Virus record (IMG/VR): IMGVR_UViG_2791355073_000002
Location: 1-40,479 of that record
Length of the DNA: 40,479 bases
From: a virus
Reading direction: 5' to 3' (one strand)
Under the pieces are notes generated by a model. It saw nothing but the letters and a program-made list of their open reading frames with translations, was not told the origin of the DNA and ran no database searches. Below are positions 1 to 8,996 of this stretch, piece by piece (position 1 is the stretch's first letter; every line of letters starts with the position of its first letter). The translations under genes were made by a program, and so were the position numbers.

Positions 1-56
1 AGCCAGGGCAGGGATGTGGGAATTATGTTTACAATCCCTGCGCTCCACCAGCCTGT

Positions 57-1277
57 ATGTCGACGCGAGATCCCCGAGACGCCGTCGAGGGCCTCCGTGA
101 GCGGATTCGCGAACGGGAGCGCGACGTCACTGACGAGGACGCTGAGGCACTGCTTACCTTCTCCGACCAGCTCGACCTGATGAAGAGCGAGTACTCCGAC
201 TACCGGCACCTCAAGCTCCTCCGCCACTGTACGCGGATGGCCGAGGCGACCGACCAGCTCGCCGACGCCGCTCACGATCGCGATGCCGCCGAAGCTGTCG
301 TCCGCTGGATCAACCGGGAGTACGACAACGAGGAGACGAACCGAGACTACCGGAGCGCCATCCGGGTCTTCGCGAAGCGCGTCCGTCGCCTCGACGAGTC
401 GCCCGAGAGCGTCGCCTGGATCCCGACCGGCACCTCGAGCAGCTACGACCCGACGCCGAGCGAGCGCGACCTCCTCCTGTTCGAGGAGGATGTCAAGCCG
501 ATGATCGACGCCTGCCGGAACACCCGGGACGCGGCGTGTATCATGCTCCAGTTCGAGGCCGGACTCCGTGGCGGCGAGCTCCAGTCGCTCACCATCGGCG
601 ACATCGTCGACAGCGAACACGCCCTCGCCGTCCACGCCGACGGGAAGGAGGGCGAGCGCGTCGTCCACCTGGTCGTCTCCGTCCCGTACATCAACAAGTG
701 GCTGAACGACCATCCCGCCGGCGACGATCCCGACGCGCCGCTCTGGTCGCACCTCTCGAAGCCCGAGGCGCAGAGCTACACCAGCTACCTGAGCAACTTC
801 AAGGAGCCGGCGAAGCGGATCGACCTCTCGAAGGACGTCACACCGACCAACTTCCGCCGGTCGAACACGCGGTGGCTCGTCCTCCAGGGCATGAGCCAGT
901 CGCGTATCGAGGACCGACAGGGCCGGAAGCGCGGCTCCGAAGCGACCCAGCGGTACATGGCTCGGTTCGGCGAGGAGTCGAACGAGCGCGCCTATGCGTC
1001 GATGCACGGACTCGACGTCGAGGAGGATCCTGACGGCGACGACCACGCGCCGCTCACCTGCCCGCGCTGTGACCGGGAGACGCCTCGGGACAACGACTAC
1101 TGCGTCTGGTGTCACCAGGCGCTCTCGCCCGAGGCTGCCGAGCGCGTCGAGGAGGTCGACGAGGCGATGTTCGAGTCCGGCGTCGAGACTGACGACCCCG
1201 AGGTCGCTGAGGACCTCCGGACTGTCAACCGACGGATCACGGCGCCGGTCAAGCATCTGATGGCCGACGAGGAGTGA
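57..1277 (+). CDS. int: Tyrosine recombinase/integrase with C-terminal zinc ribbon
   Basis: LRGGELQSLTIGDI (catalytic R), DGKEG (K), TNFRRS box II, ATQRY (Tyr); C-terminal CPRC...CVWC as in haloarchaeal viral integrases. Confidence 0.93.
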   Translation: MSTRDPRDAVEGLRERIRERERDVTDEDAEALLTFSDQLDLMKSEYSDYRHLKLLRHCTRMAEATDQLADAAHDRDAAEAVVRWINREYDNEETNRDYRSAIRVFAKRVRRLDESPESVAWIPTGTSSSYDPTPSERDLLLFEEDVKPMIDACRNTRDAACIMLQFEAGLRGGELQSLTIGDIVDSEHALAVHADGKEGERVVHLVVSVPYINKWLNDHPAGDDPDAPLWSHLSKPEAQSYTSYLSNFKEPAKRIDLSKDVTPTNFRRSNTRWLVLQGMSQSRIEDRQGRKRGSEATQRYMARFGEESNERAYASMHGLDVEEDPDGDDHAPLTCPRCDRETPRDNDYCVWCHQALSPEAAERVEEVDEAMFESGVETDDPEVAEDLRTVNRRITAPVKHLMADEE

Positions 1278-1278
1278 C

Positions 1279-1452
1279 TCAGGCATCGGTCTCAGCCTCC
1301 TCGAGGCGGTCGAGTGCGTTCTGGGCGTGCGGTGCGATCGGCAGGTCCGTGTCGGCGAGTCGCGTCAGCTCGGGCTCGAGCTCGCGAACTACCTCGATCG
1401 GCGCGTCGTCCGCGTCCAGGTCAGTACTGTCGTCGGTCGTGGTCGTGCTCAT
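1279..1452 (-). CDS. Small acidic hypothetical protein (57 aa)
   Basis: Start re-assigned to MSTTTTDD at 1452; ATGA overlap with upstream stop; converges on integrase. Confidence 0.7.
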   Translation of the reverse strand: MSTTTTDDSTDLDADDAPIEVVRELEPELTRLADTDLPIAPHAQNALDRLEEAETDA

Positions 1453-1790
1453 CGGGTGTCCTCCAGATTCGTCGCGTCGATTCCGGACCGGTAGTCGGTC
1501 CCGAACTGTTCGTCGACGGCGGCCGCGACGGCCACACCGTAGATGTTCGTGACATGCGCCGGCGCGAGCCCGTAGCACGTCGTCAGCGTGCCCTCGCGGC
1601 GGAAGACGACGACCGCCGACTGCGCGTCGTACCGCGCCTCGTCGTGGCGCGGAACCGGCGCCGCGTCCGGCACCTCAACGCGAAGCCCGCGGTTCCACGA
1701 GCCGATCACACTGGCGGTCGGCCCTGACCCACGAATCCGGAGCATCCGATTGGCGTGGTCGGTCGGGTCGGCCGCGTACTTCGAGCTCAC
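1449..1790 (-). CDS. Hypothetical protein (113 aa)
   Basis: GTG at 1790 preceded by GAGGTGGTG SD-like sequence; GTGA overlap with upstream peptide. Confidence 0.7.
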   Translation of the reverse strand: MSSKYAADPTDHANRMLRIRGSGPTASVIGSWNRGLRVEVPDAAPVPRHDEARYDAQSAVVVFRREGTLTTCYGLAPAHVTNIYGVAVAAAVDEQFGTDYRSGIDATNLEDTR

Positions 1791-1879
1791 AGCACCACCT
1801 CGAACGTGAGCACCACTGCGAGGGCGCCGGCGAGCCCCAGTGTGAGCCACCGGAAAGCCCACACGTGCGGCTCGCTCAT
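1787..1879 (-). CDS. 30-aa single-TM peptide MSEPHVWAFRWLTLGLAGALAVVLTFEVVL
   Basis: Hand translation; fills the gap exactly with ATGA/GTGA overlaps at both ends. Confidence 0.6.
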   Translation of the reverse strand: MSEPHVWAFRWLTLGLAGALAVVLTFEVVL

Positions 1880-2721
1880 CGGCTCACCTCGCTCGGGTCG
1901 CGCCCGGCGACGACCACGTCGTGGATCGTCTGGAGCGTCTCCTTGTTCCAGTCTCTACGGACACCCGGCGCGTCGATGCCGAGTGCGCGTTCGAGGACAT
2001 CCGTCGTCCCGCCCCGCGTGAGCTGGTCGATCCACTCGCGCCGGTCGAGGTCCTCGTGCTCGTCGACAGCCGTCGGCTCGTAGTCGACAGCCTCGCAGAC
2101 CGCGGCGAGAACGTCGCGCATCCAGCCAACCGTCGTGTTGGCTCGCTCCCACCGGACGCCGTCACGATTGACCATCTCGTACCGAGTGCCGTCGGCGCCG
2201 GTTTCTCGCGTGATCTCGCGGACGAGGTTGGGCTTCTGGAGCTGTCGCGACCGGCGCGTGTCGGCCTCGCCGGCGACACGCGTGAACACCCACTTCACGG
2301 GCGAGGTGTCGCGCCACTTCGAGACCTCGAGGTCTGCGAGGAACCCGTCTGGCGTGTCCCCGCGCAGGTGCGCGCCGAGCGTCTTGCCGATCTCTTGGAT
2401 GCGGACGTCGGTCGCGCTGTTCGCGATGGAGCGCGACGAGGCGATGCGCTCGTCGGTCACGTGCTCGGCGACGTACCGCTCGATGGTCTCGATGGCGGCC
2501 TCGCTGCCGCCGTACGCCTTGCTCTCGTAATCGTTGTCCTGTCCGGCGCCGTTGTCGTCGAGGACCTGCTCGGCGGTGGTGCCGCCATCGGTTATCAGGC
2601 AATCATTTCTGGTTGGAGAGTTTATTTTTTTATTCCTATCATTTTGGACATCAGGGGAGCTATCCCCGGTTGTCAGAGGCGCGCCTCCCGTCTGGTCCCG
2701 GCCTCTGGGATCAGTTTTCAT
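1876..2721 (-). CDS. Hypothetical protein (281 aa)
   Basis: ATG at 2721 preceded by GGAGGTGG SD; acidic composition. Confidence 0.75.
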   Translation of the reverse strand: MKTDPRGRDQTGGAPLTTGDSSPDVQNDRNKKINSPTRNDCLITDGGTTAEQVLDDNGAGQDNDYESKAYGGSEAAIETIERYVAEHVTDERIASSRSIANSATDVRIQEIGKTLGAHLRGDTPDGFLADLEVSKWRDTSPVKWVFTRVAGEADTRRSRQLQKPNLVREITRETGADGTRYEMVNRDGVRWERANTTVGWMRDVLAAVCEAVDYEPTAVDEHEDLDRREWIDQLTRGGTTDVLERALGIDAPGVRRDWNKETLQTIHDVVVAGRDPSEVSR

Positions 2722-2848
2722 CGTCCACCTCCTCGAGGACGTACGTCGTCCCGTCGTCATGCGCGAGGATCGCATCCCCGTTGCGCTCCAGGAGCTCGGC
2801 GGTCTCACGCTCGACGTGATCGACGACGCGAAACTGGGTCGCGCTCAC
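2711..2848 (-). CDS. Small hypothetical protein (45 aa, MSATQFRVVDHVERETAELL...)
   Basis: Hand translation; GTGA overlap with upstream gene; fills the operon gap. Confidence 0.6.
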   Translation of the reverse strand: MSATQFRVVDHVERETAELLERNGDAILAHDDGTTYVLEEVDDEN

Positions 2849-3360
2849 GCGGTCTCACCCTTCTTTTGGCCTCGACGAGTCGGCACGATGACACCGTCTG
2901 TGTTGCTGTCAGGCGTCCATCCGGGTGGCTCCGGGTCCTCGGTCGGCGGCGCCTCTTCGCTGAACTCGTCGGTAGCGTCGAGCACCTGCTCAACCGTTGT
3001 CGGCCCGAGTTGCGGGACGGCCTCGAGCTCGTCCGGGGTCGCCGACTCGATGTCGGCGATAGTCTCGTAGCCGGCGTCCTCCAGACGGGCCGTGATACTC
3101 TCGCCGAGCCCGGTCGCGACCTCGGTGAGCTCCGTCACTGCGATCGAGTCCGCGTCGCCTTCGTCGACGACGTCCGCCTGCTGGTCGGTCGGCGCGTCCT
3201 GCCCGATCCCGTCGAGCGGAAGCGGCACCTCGACCGTGAGCTCGGCGACCGTATCGCCCTGATCGTCATGGCGGAGGTCGGACTCGAGGAGCGCTGCCGG
3301 GCCTGCCTCGACGGCCTCGACAACGTCGGCAAGATCGCGCAGCTGGTCGGCGTGCGTCAT
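2845..3360 (-). CDS. Helix-hairpin-helix domain protein (171 aa)
   Basis: GLGESITARLEDAGYETIADIESATPDELEAVPQLGPTTVEQV is a tandem HhH pattern. Confidence 0.8.
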   Translation of the reverse strand: MTHADQLRDLADVVEAVEAGPAALLESDLRHDDQGDTVAELTVEVPLPLDGIGQDAPTDQQADVVDEGDADSIAVTELTEVATGLGESITARLEDAGYETIADIESATPDELEAVPQLGPTTVEQVLDATDEFSEEAPPTEDPEPPGWTPDSNTDGVIVPTRRGQKKGETA

Positions 3361-3488
3361 GACTCGTCGCCCTCCTCGGGATCGAACAGCGGAGTCCCAC
3401 ACTTGCGGCAGTACTTGTCCGCGCTCGAGCAGAGGTGTCCTGCCGGGCAGCGAACCTGCCCGTCGAGGGGCGTCTCACTCTGCGACAT
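3357..3488 (-). CDS. Zinc-ribbon microprotein (43 aa)
   Basis: CPAGH...C...YCRKCG; GGAGGTGA SD upstream. Confidence 0.75.
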   Translation of the reverse strand: MSQSETPLDGQVRCPAGHLCSSADKYCRKCGTPLFDPEEGDES

Positions 3489-4242
3489 CGTCGTCACCTC
3501 CATCGGTCGCGGCGACCTCGGCGCGGTCCTGCTCGTCCTCAGGTAGCTCGGTCTGATCGGTCTCTGCTCCGTCGTCGCGGTCGATCTCGAGGAACGGCAG
3601 CACCTCCTCGCGAACCCAGTACGCAAACCCCTCCTCGAGGAGGCCGTCACTGTAGACGGCGACGTACCCGCTCTCGTAGATGACGCCCTCGACGAACTCG
3701 TCGCTCCACATGTACTCGAAGCCGAGCCCGATCGTGCCGTCCTGCGCCGCCTCGATGTCGGCAGCGTCGTGGTAGTCGATGCTCGTCTTCTCCTTGTCGC
3801 CGCCGAAGTCCCGGGAGTGCGAGACGTTCCAAGCGTCGCGGATCTCTGTCTGCTCGCGGATGTGATTCGCGAAGGCGTCGACGTCGATCCGGGTCTCCTT
3901 GACTGTCACGCCAGTCTGCGCGGCGACACGTTTGATGAACCACTCACCGTCTGAGCGTGACGAAACGCCGATGAAACCAGGGTCAGTGGAGACGTCGGCG
4001 TAGAAGTCGATGGCGCGTGGAACGAGCGCCTTCGCCCGGCTCGTCGAGATCTCGTCCGTGTCGACGGAGACGTCCTCGCGTCGGACTTCGATGAGGTCCG
4101 CGGCCGTCCCGAAGTAGACGGTGTTGCCGTCGAGATACTGCGCGCCCTCGGCGTCGACGGCAGGGAACTCGCCGTCGAGCTTCGATGGGACCTCCGAGTC
4201 GCGGGCCGCACCGACGGTGAGGAAGAACGTTGCGTCGTGCAT
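3475..4242 (-). CDS. Hypothetical protein (255 aa)
   Basis: Long acidic ORF with coupled overlaps. Confidence 0.85.
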   Translation of the reverse strand: MHDATFFLTVGAARDSEVPSKLDGEFPAVDAEGAQYLDGNTVYFGTAADLIEVRREDVSVDTDEISTSRAKALVPRAIDFYADVSTDPGFIGVSSRSDGEWFIKRVAAQTGVTVKETRIDVDAFANHIREQTEIRDAWNVSHSRDFGGDKEKTSIDYHDAADIEAAQDGTIGLGFEYMWSDEFVEGVIYESGYVAVYSDGLLEEGFAYWVREEVLPFLEIDRDDGAETDQTELPEDEQDRAEVAATDGGDDDVAE

Positions 4243-4538
4243 CAGGCTGGCACCTCCGGTTCAACGCGCGCCTTCTCGTGCCACTTCGCGTCGATCTTTG
4301 CGAGCTTCTCTTGGACGACGTCGGCAGCGTTCTCTTCGTAGTCGTCGTGGTCGTCGAAGTCGTGGTACCCGAGTCCGACGCACCAGTACGTGGTTTCCTC
4401 GCCAGTCTCGATGTTGCGTGTATCCACCACACCCTCGTCGTTCTTCTCGACGCGTGTGTAGCGGTGACCCGTCACCTCAACGTTGCCGACGTAGTCCTCG
4501 TTCGGGTGATCGGTGATGAGGTACAGATGCTTGCGCAT
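4242..4538 (-). CDS. Hypothetical protein (98 aa)
   Basis: TGATG coupling on both sides; acidic. Confidence 0.8.
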   Translation of the reverse strand: MRKHLYLITDHPNEDYVGNVEVTGHRYTRVEKNDEGVVDTRNIETGEETTYWCVGLGYHDFDDHDDYEENAADVVQEKLAKIDAKWHEKARVEPEVPA

Positions 4539-4777
4539 CAGGCCTCACCCTCCTCGATCGGCGTGAAGTTCTGCTGGACCATCCCCGGAATCGGGAGGTG
4601 GCCGTTGCGTTCGTAGCCGGCGTCGTTGAGTGCCTCGTCGATCTCGTCAGTGTCCTGCTCATCGGCGTCGGCGTTGAAAATGAAGTGGCCGTGCCCGTCG
4701 TCAGCCTGAACGATACTCTTGGGGTCGGCATCCGGCAGCTGCTCGACCGCTTCGACGAGGTCGGGATCGACCGACAT
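4538..4777 (-). CDS. Hypothetical protein (79 aa)
   Basis: GGAGGTGG SD; coupled to neighbours. Confidence 0.8.
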   Translation of the reverse strand: MSVDPDLVEAVEQLPDADPKSIVQADDGHGHFIFNADADEQDTDEIDEALNDAGYERNGHLPIPGMVQQNFTPIEEGEA

Positions 4778-5017
4778 CTACGCCACCTCCTCGACGTCGA
4801 CGGGGTACTTCGCCGACACCCACGCGTCGTCGCCGGCGTCGAGCTGGAAGCGCCCGAACAGCCGGTACGCCCGTGGCGGGTCGCCCCCGACGTGTGGCGC
4901 CGGCGCCGGGACGTGGTCGGTCTCGTACCCGGACTGGTCGCTATCGAGTATCTGTGCGTCTGTCCGCTCCGTCGTATTGGCCGTATTACTAAGGCCGTTG
5001 GGCGATCTATCTTTCAT
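4778..5017 (-). CDS. Hypothetical protein (79 aa), first gene of left early operon
   Basis: Abuts the next gene; acidic. Confidence 0.7.
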   Translation of the reverse strand: MKDRSPNGLSNTANTTERTDAQILDSDQSGYETDHVPAPAPHVGGDPPRAYRLFGRFQLDAGDDAWVSAKYPVDVEEVA

Positions 5018-5232
5018 CGGGTCTCAAACGCCTCGTGTAGAGGCGGTCTTGGTGTGACCCAGCCCGTCGGTGTTGTCGCACCGGCGGGGTTTCTGCTCCC
5101 GCGGAGGCCAGGTCGACTAGTGCTTACCGCGCCCCTTACTTAGTACTTTCCCGCTACTAACTGGATACTAACAGCTATTGACCGAATTATTAAGGGCGAG
5201 TGGGTGGAAGTAGTAAGTACATCGGTGTTACT
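5018..5232. promoter_or_regulatory. Divergent promoter/operator region (switch 1) with leader hairpin
   Basis: AT-rich; TACTAAC repeated with 11-bp period (about 5156-5173); TTATTAAG TATA-like; hairpin CCCGTCGGTG/CACCGGCGGG at 5063-5088. Confidence 0.65.
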
Positions 5233-5538
5233 ATGAGTACGACCGTCGCACGAGAGACTGAGATGCGAAAGGACGCGGACTGGATGCGGCAGCCGACTGA
5301 TGACCGCATCCTGGAGGTCCTCCGCGAGGAGGGGAACATGACTCCACGAGCAGTCTCTCGTGACGGTGAGATCGCCCGCGTCGACGCGACTCGGGACTAC
5401 GCCGGCGGCCGCCTTCGAGAGCTCTGTCGATACGGACTTATCGAGCGCGTTGATCGCGGCCTCTACCGTCTCACCGACGACGGCCGTGCCTACCTCGACG
5501 AGGAACTTGACGCCGCCGAGCTCGATCCGGTCGAGTAG
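5233..5538 (+). CDS. Winged-HTH repressor, phiH1 repressor-like
   Basis: WMRQPTDDRILEVL...RLRELCRYGLIERVDRGLYRLTDDGRAYL; divergent from early operon. Confidence 0.88.
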   Translation: MSTTVARETEMRKDADWMRQPTDDRILEVLREEGNMTPRAVSRDGEIARVDATRDYAGGRLRELCRYGLIERVDRGLYRLTDDGRAYLDEELDAAELDPVE

Positions 5539-5540
5539 CC

Positions 5541-5747
5541 TCACGCGATACGCACCTCGTCGACGTCGATCTCCTCACCAGTCCGCTGGTCGATCAACAT
5601 GTCGTACTCGACCTCACCGGGGAGTCGCCAGTGCGGACAGCTCGAACACGCGATCACGCCGTCGCGAAGCCGCCAGTCGGTGTGCCCGCGCGGACAGGCG
5701 TAGCGCCACTTCTCGCCCGCCACCGACCGATCGATCTCGACAGCCAT
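5541..5747 (-). CDS. Small zinc-binding protein (68 aa)
   Basis: YACPRGH...IACSSC; start re-assigned to MAVEIDR. Confidence 0.75.
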   Translation of the reverse strand: MAVEIDRSVAGEKWRYACPRGHTDWRLRDGVIACSSCPHWRLPGEVEYDMLIDQRTGEEIDVDEVRIA

Positions 5748-5998
5748 CACAGCACCCGCAGGCCGGGCGCCGCCTTCTTGATCGCCGGGCCAAGCCAGCG
5801 CGGCGCCGACCGGCCGGGCGTCCGTTTCAACTCGCCGAACTCGTCGAACGTGAGCGTCCACTCGCCCGTCTCGTGGGCGACCTCGACAACCGTCTCGTCG
5901 TCTCGTTCGTCGACCGAGATCTCGACGTCGGCGTCCGCGTCGAAGCCGAGCTCGCTCAGGTCGATCGTTGCTCGTGTCGGGGGTGCCTGCGAGGGCAT
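5747..5998 (-). CDS. Hypothetical protein (83 aa)
   Basis: Acidic ORF coupled to downstream gene. Confidence 0.75.
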   Translation of the reverse strand: MPSQAPPTRATIDLSELGFDADADVEISVDERDDETVVEVAHETGEWTLTFDEFGELKRTPGRSAPRWLGPAIKKAAPGLRVL

Positions 5999-6089
5999 AT
6001 CTCAGCCGACGGGTGGATGAACGGTAAAAGGGGGCCGTACTTCCGGGGTAGAGGACAGGGACCACCCAGTGGAGAGCGCTACAGTGCGG

Positions 6090-6248
6090 TCAGATGAGAC
6101 GCTGATCCTCGGGACGGTATGTCTGTGTGATCGTGACGCTGAACTTTGATTCACAGTCGGGGCACATGGCCCACTCAGTAATCTCTCGACCGTCGTCCGA
6201 CATCACCTCAACCGTTGTACCGCATGAACACTCGAACGTAATCCGCAT
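6090..6248 (-). CDS. Cys-rich zinc-finger microprotein (52 aa, MRITFECSCG...MCPDCES...)
   Basis: Hand translation; CxC and CPDC motifs; below ORF-track cutoff. Confidence 0.65.
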   Translation of the reverse strand: MRITFECSCGTTVEVMSDDGREITEWAMCPDCESKFSVTITQTYRPEDQRLI

Positions 6249-6340
6249 CTACAATTACCAAGGAATAGTAACGGATAGTTCTTCTCAAATAGTATACTGT
6301 TTGTGCGGACAGTTTCCGTGAGAAGAGTCAGCACGGTACT

Positions 6341-7405
6341 TTACGCGGCGTGTGTTGAGAGATTGCTGTGAGAGAGATCCGGGGCAGCGAGGCTCTCGTC
6401 GACAGCCGAATACAACCACCGATGATCAAGTCGCTCCCGCTCGACGAGGTCGTACGCGCGGAGCTTGTCGAGCTTGTTTCGCCGGTCGCGACGGCTGATC
6501 GGTGTCCGCTCTCGGTTCGCGTACACCCGCTCTTCGACCGTCTCGTATCGCTGGTTGAGCTCACGCCCCGTAATCTCGCCAGCGTCGCGAATCAGTTCGT
6601 AGAGGACGCGATGGTGAAATGGGAGTGACTGAAGGTTCGCTTCCCGGATGCTCGACCGAGCACGCTCGTAGGAGTCGTCGACGTCGGCGTCGTGGATACG
6701 CCCGTGTTCGCGCTCGGCCGCGATCTCGGCGGCCGCGCGCAGCGTCTGGATACCCTCGCGAGCGACGCCCGCGACGTCGTCGGCGATCGTCTCCAACTGG
6801 TCGCGTGTGACCACGTTGTCGACGAGCCCGACCCGCGCTCGGTCGTGAAGGATGTCGGCGAGCTCGTCGACGCCGAACCGGTCGAGTTCGATCCGCCCAC
6901 CGTGGAGGTACTGGCGGACACCTGACTCGGCACGGGCGAGCCAGTCGTCTGGTTCGTGGCAGATCACCACAACCTCAACTCCGGGGACGGCGGTCAGCTG
7001 GCCGACCGCATCCGTCCCGGCGACGTCGTCAGCCTCGTCGAGCAAAAGGAAGAACTCATCGCCGTCGAGCGTCTCCCGAAGTCGCTCCGGGAGCTCAGCG
7101 TTCGGCGCGTTGTCGGCGACAGTCCCGCCGGCACCCCGGATGGCCCTGCGGAAGAGCTCACCTGTGGTCGTGCCGAGCGACTGGATCCACGTCCAGCGCG
7201 TCCCGAATTCGCGTGCGAACTCCTCGAGGACGGTTCGCCCGAGCGCTGTCTTCCCGACGCCACTCGGCCCCGCCAGCAACGCGCCCTGATCGTGGTCGGA
7301 GCGGGCCCGGTGGAGGAGTCGGATGAGTTCTTGGACGTGCGCTTCACGGTGGCGGAGGTCGGGTGGCGGGGTCTCGTCGTCGAAGACCTCTGGACGACGT
7401 ATCAT
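6341..7405 (-). CDS. cdc6: Cdc6/Orc1 family replication initiator (AAA+ and wHTH)
   Basis: DLRHREAHV, Walker A GPSGVGKT, Walker B LLLDEAD, GVAREGI sensor II, C-terminal wHTH (KLRAYDLV). Confidence 0.93.
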   Translation of the reverse strand: MIRRPEVFDDETPPPDLRHREAHVQELIRLLHRARSDHDQGALLAGPSGVGKTALGRTVLEEFAREFGTRWTWIQSLGTTTGELFRRAIRGAGGTVADNAPNAELPERLRETLDGDEFFLLLDEADDVAGTDAVGQLTAVPGVEVVVICHEPDDWLARAESGVRQYLHGGRIELDRFGVDELADILHDRARVGLVDNVVTRDQLETIADDVAGVAREGIQTLRAAAEIAAEREHGRIHDADVDDSYERARSSIREANLQSLPFHHRVLYELIRDAGEITGRELNQRYETVEERVYANRERTPISRRDRRNKLDKLRAYDLVERERLDHRWLYSAVDESLAAPDLSHSNLSTHAA

Positions 7406-7450
7406 ACTGGAGACTGCTGACGCGGACTGGGGTAATAAAGCGGCGCCTCG

Positions 7451-7472
7451 CTTCCGGGGTGGAACTAAAAGT
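7451..7472. promoter_or_regulatory. ORB-like box upstream of cdc6
   Basis: CTTCCGGGGTGGAACTAAAAG with TTCC...GGAA dyad; CTTCCGGGGT recurs at 6040-6049; CCAGTGGA at 6066-6073. Confidence 0.35.
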
Positions 7473-7512
7473 GTTCTATCGCTCGATACACCTGGTGGGG
7501 CGGTGCGATCAG

Positions 7513-8286
7513 CTACAGCTTCTGTGTCTGCGACGCATCCACAGGACCTGTTCTCTGCCGATCCGGCTGGGATTGTCCATCACGCAACTGGAGATATGCC
7601 GCGGCGATGATCGCGTAGTAGGGGAGGAAAAACACTGCTGAGAAGGTGATAATGACGATATCAGCCGCAACCGAGAGGCCGGCGAGGGTTAACAGGGGCG
7701 CGATGGCGCCGATAACCCCACCGAACAGCGCGGACGCAAACACGAGGACACCGAGTTGAAGTCGAGAGCCACGAGCTAATCCCCAGCTTCGCTTCAGGGA
7801 ACTAATCACACCTTCATCTTCGACAGCGACAGCGAAGATGAAAAACAGGAACGAGACGGCTAGGAATAGCCCCGGAATCAGGAGGAATACCGAGCCAATC
7901 ATGATCATAATTGTGACGAGCACTCCGCCGATTAGTGCGAAAACCGTGGCGCGGCCGAGTCGCTCTGTCACCGAGGCGGGGAACGATCCAGCTTCGCTGA
8001 GCGGTTGCGCAAACGTCCGAGACAAGACCACGAAATACGTGGAGCTCAAGAGAATCAGTACGCCCAGCGCCGCAAGAGCGATCTCACCGGAGATCGGGAG
8101 TGCGAGCCCGACGCTACTCCGAAACTCTGTTGCTGCCTCAGGAGGAAGATATCCGAGGATCGCTGTATTAACCATTGTTTGTGTACCGAGCTGGATAGCA
8201 AGGAACCCGAGGAAGAGGGCTCCACCAGTTCGGGTGAAGATACGCCGAATACCGTCGCTAACCGCATGGCTAAGTTGGAGGGCCAT
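7513..8286 (-). CDS. Polytopic membrane protein (about 6 TM), lower GC accessory gene
   Basis: Multiple hydrophobic helices; GVISSLKRSWGLARG motif typical of haloarchaeal multi-pass hypothetical proteins. Confidence 0.85.
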   Translation of the reverse strand: MALQLSHAVSDGIRRIFTRTGGALFLGFLAIQLGTQTMVNTAILGYLPPEAATEFRSSVGLALPISGEIALAALGVLILLSSTYFVVLSRTFAQPLSEAGSFPASVTERLGRATVFALIGGVLVTIMIMIGSVFLLIPGLFLAVSFLFFIFAVAVEDEGVISSLKRSWGLARGSRLQLGVLVFASALFGGVIGAIAPLLTLAGLSVAADIVIITFSAVFFLPYYAIIAAAYLQLRDGQSQPDRQRTGPVDASQTQKL

Positions 8287-8340
8287 ACCTGAAAAAGATC
8301 TCACGGTTGTCTAATAAAATAATCGAAATGAGCGCGTGAG

Positions 8341-8586
8341 CTACCGTACGAACCGCTCGACGTAGTCGCGTGACACCACGTCTCGCTGGTCGCAGTCGCG
8401 CTCGTGCGGCAGGTTGTCGATCGTCGTTGTGTGGCCCTCTGGACCGTCGATACGGATGCGCGCGCCGCACTCGGTACACTCGAGCCACTTCGGCTCGGTG
8501 ATCGCGAGCCCGTCGACGCTCGGCGGACTGCCCGAGGGGACGATGCGGAACTCAGTATCCGGCGAAGCGAACGAGCGAAGGCTCAT
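8341..8586 (-). CDS. Small zinc-finger protein (81 aa)
   Basis: CTECG...LPHERDC; start re-assigned. Confidence 0.8.
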   Translation of the reverse strand: MSLRSFASPDTEFRIVPSGSPPSVDGLAITEPKWLECTECGARIRIDGPEGHTTTIDNLPHERDCDQRDVVSRDYVERFVR

Positions 8587-8771
8587 CGCGAGGCCTCCGC
8601 GCTCTCCTCCTGGTCGTCGACACGAAGCCACCCGGCGACGCGCTCGAACGCTTTCGCGGCGCCGAGGTGCCGGAGAATACGGCCGAGCGCCGCGCTCGAC
8701 TGACTGGAGGCTCGCCGACTGCGGGCGGCCTCCTCGAGGACGTCCGCTGCGACGGTGCGAAGCCGGCGCAT
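8583..8771 (-). CDS. Hypothetical protein (62 aa)
   Basis: Coupled on both sides. Confidence 0.6.
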   Translation of the reverse strand: MRRLRTVAADVLEEAARSRRASSQSSAALGRILRHLGAAKAFERVAGWLRVDDQEESAEASR

Positions 8772-8996
8772 CTACGGCCCCTCCGTGACGGTGACCGCGG
8801 CGCGATGCTCGTCGTCGATCACCAGCTCGGACAGCGGCTCACCGCCGCAGGGAGCCCACTTGCCCTCGTCGTCATCCCAGCGGTCGACGTGGCGCTCGGC
8901 GTGCCACGGTTCTCCCGGAACGCGCTCGTAGCGGATGCGCCGGCGCTCGCCTGACTCGGTCTTATAGGCGATCGTCGGGAGGCCCTCACTGGACAT
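8772..8996 (-). CDS. Hypothetical protein (74 aa)
   Basis: GGAGGTGG SD; coupled. Confidence 0.75.
   Translation of the reverse strand: MSSEGLPTIAYKTESGERRRIRYERVPGEPWHAERHVDRWDDDEGKWAPCGGEPLSELVIDDEHRAAVTVTEGP

Noticed and set aside
3475-3510. Recurrent DGG(D) C-terminal motif as a functional signal
   Set aside because: Explained by the GGAGGTGA Shine-Dalgarno of the overlapping downstream gene
1921-3546. 541-aa plus-strand ORF
   Set aside because: Antisense shadow of coupled minus-strand genes; Arg/Val/Gly-rich and not acidic, typical of high-GC DNA
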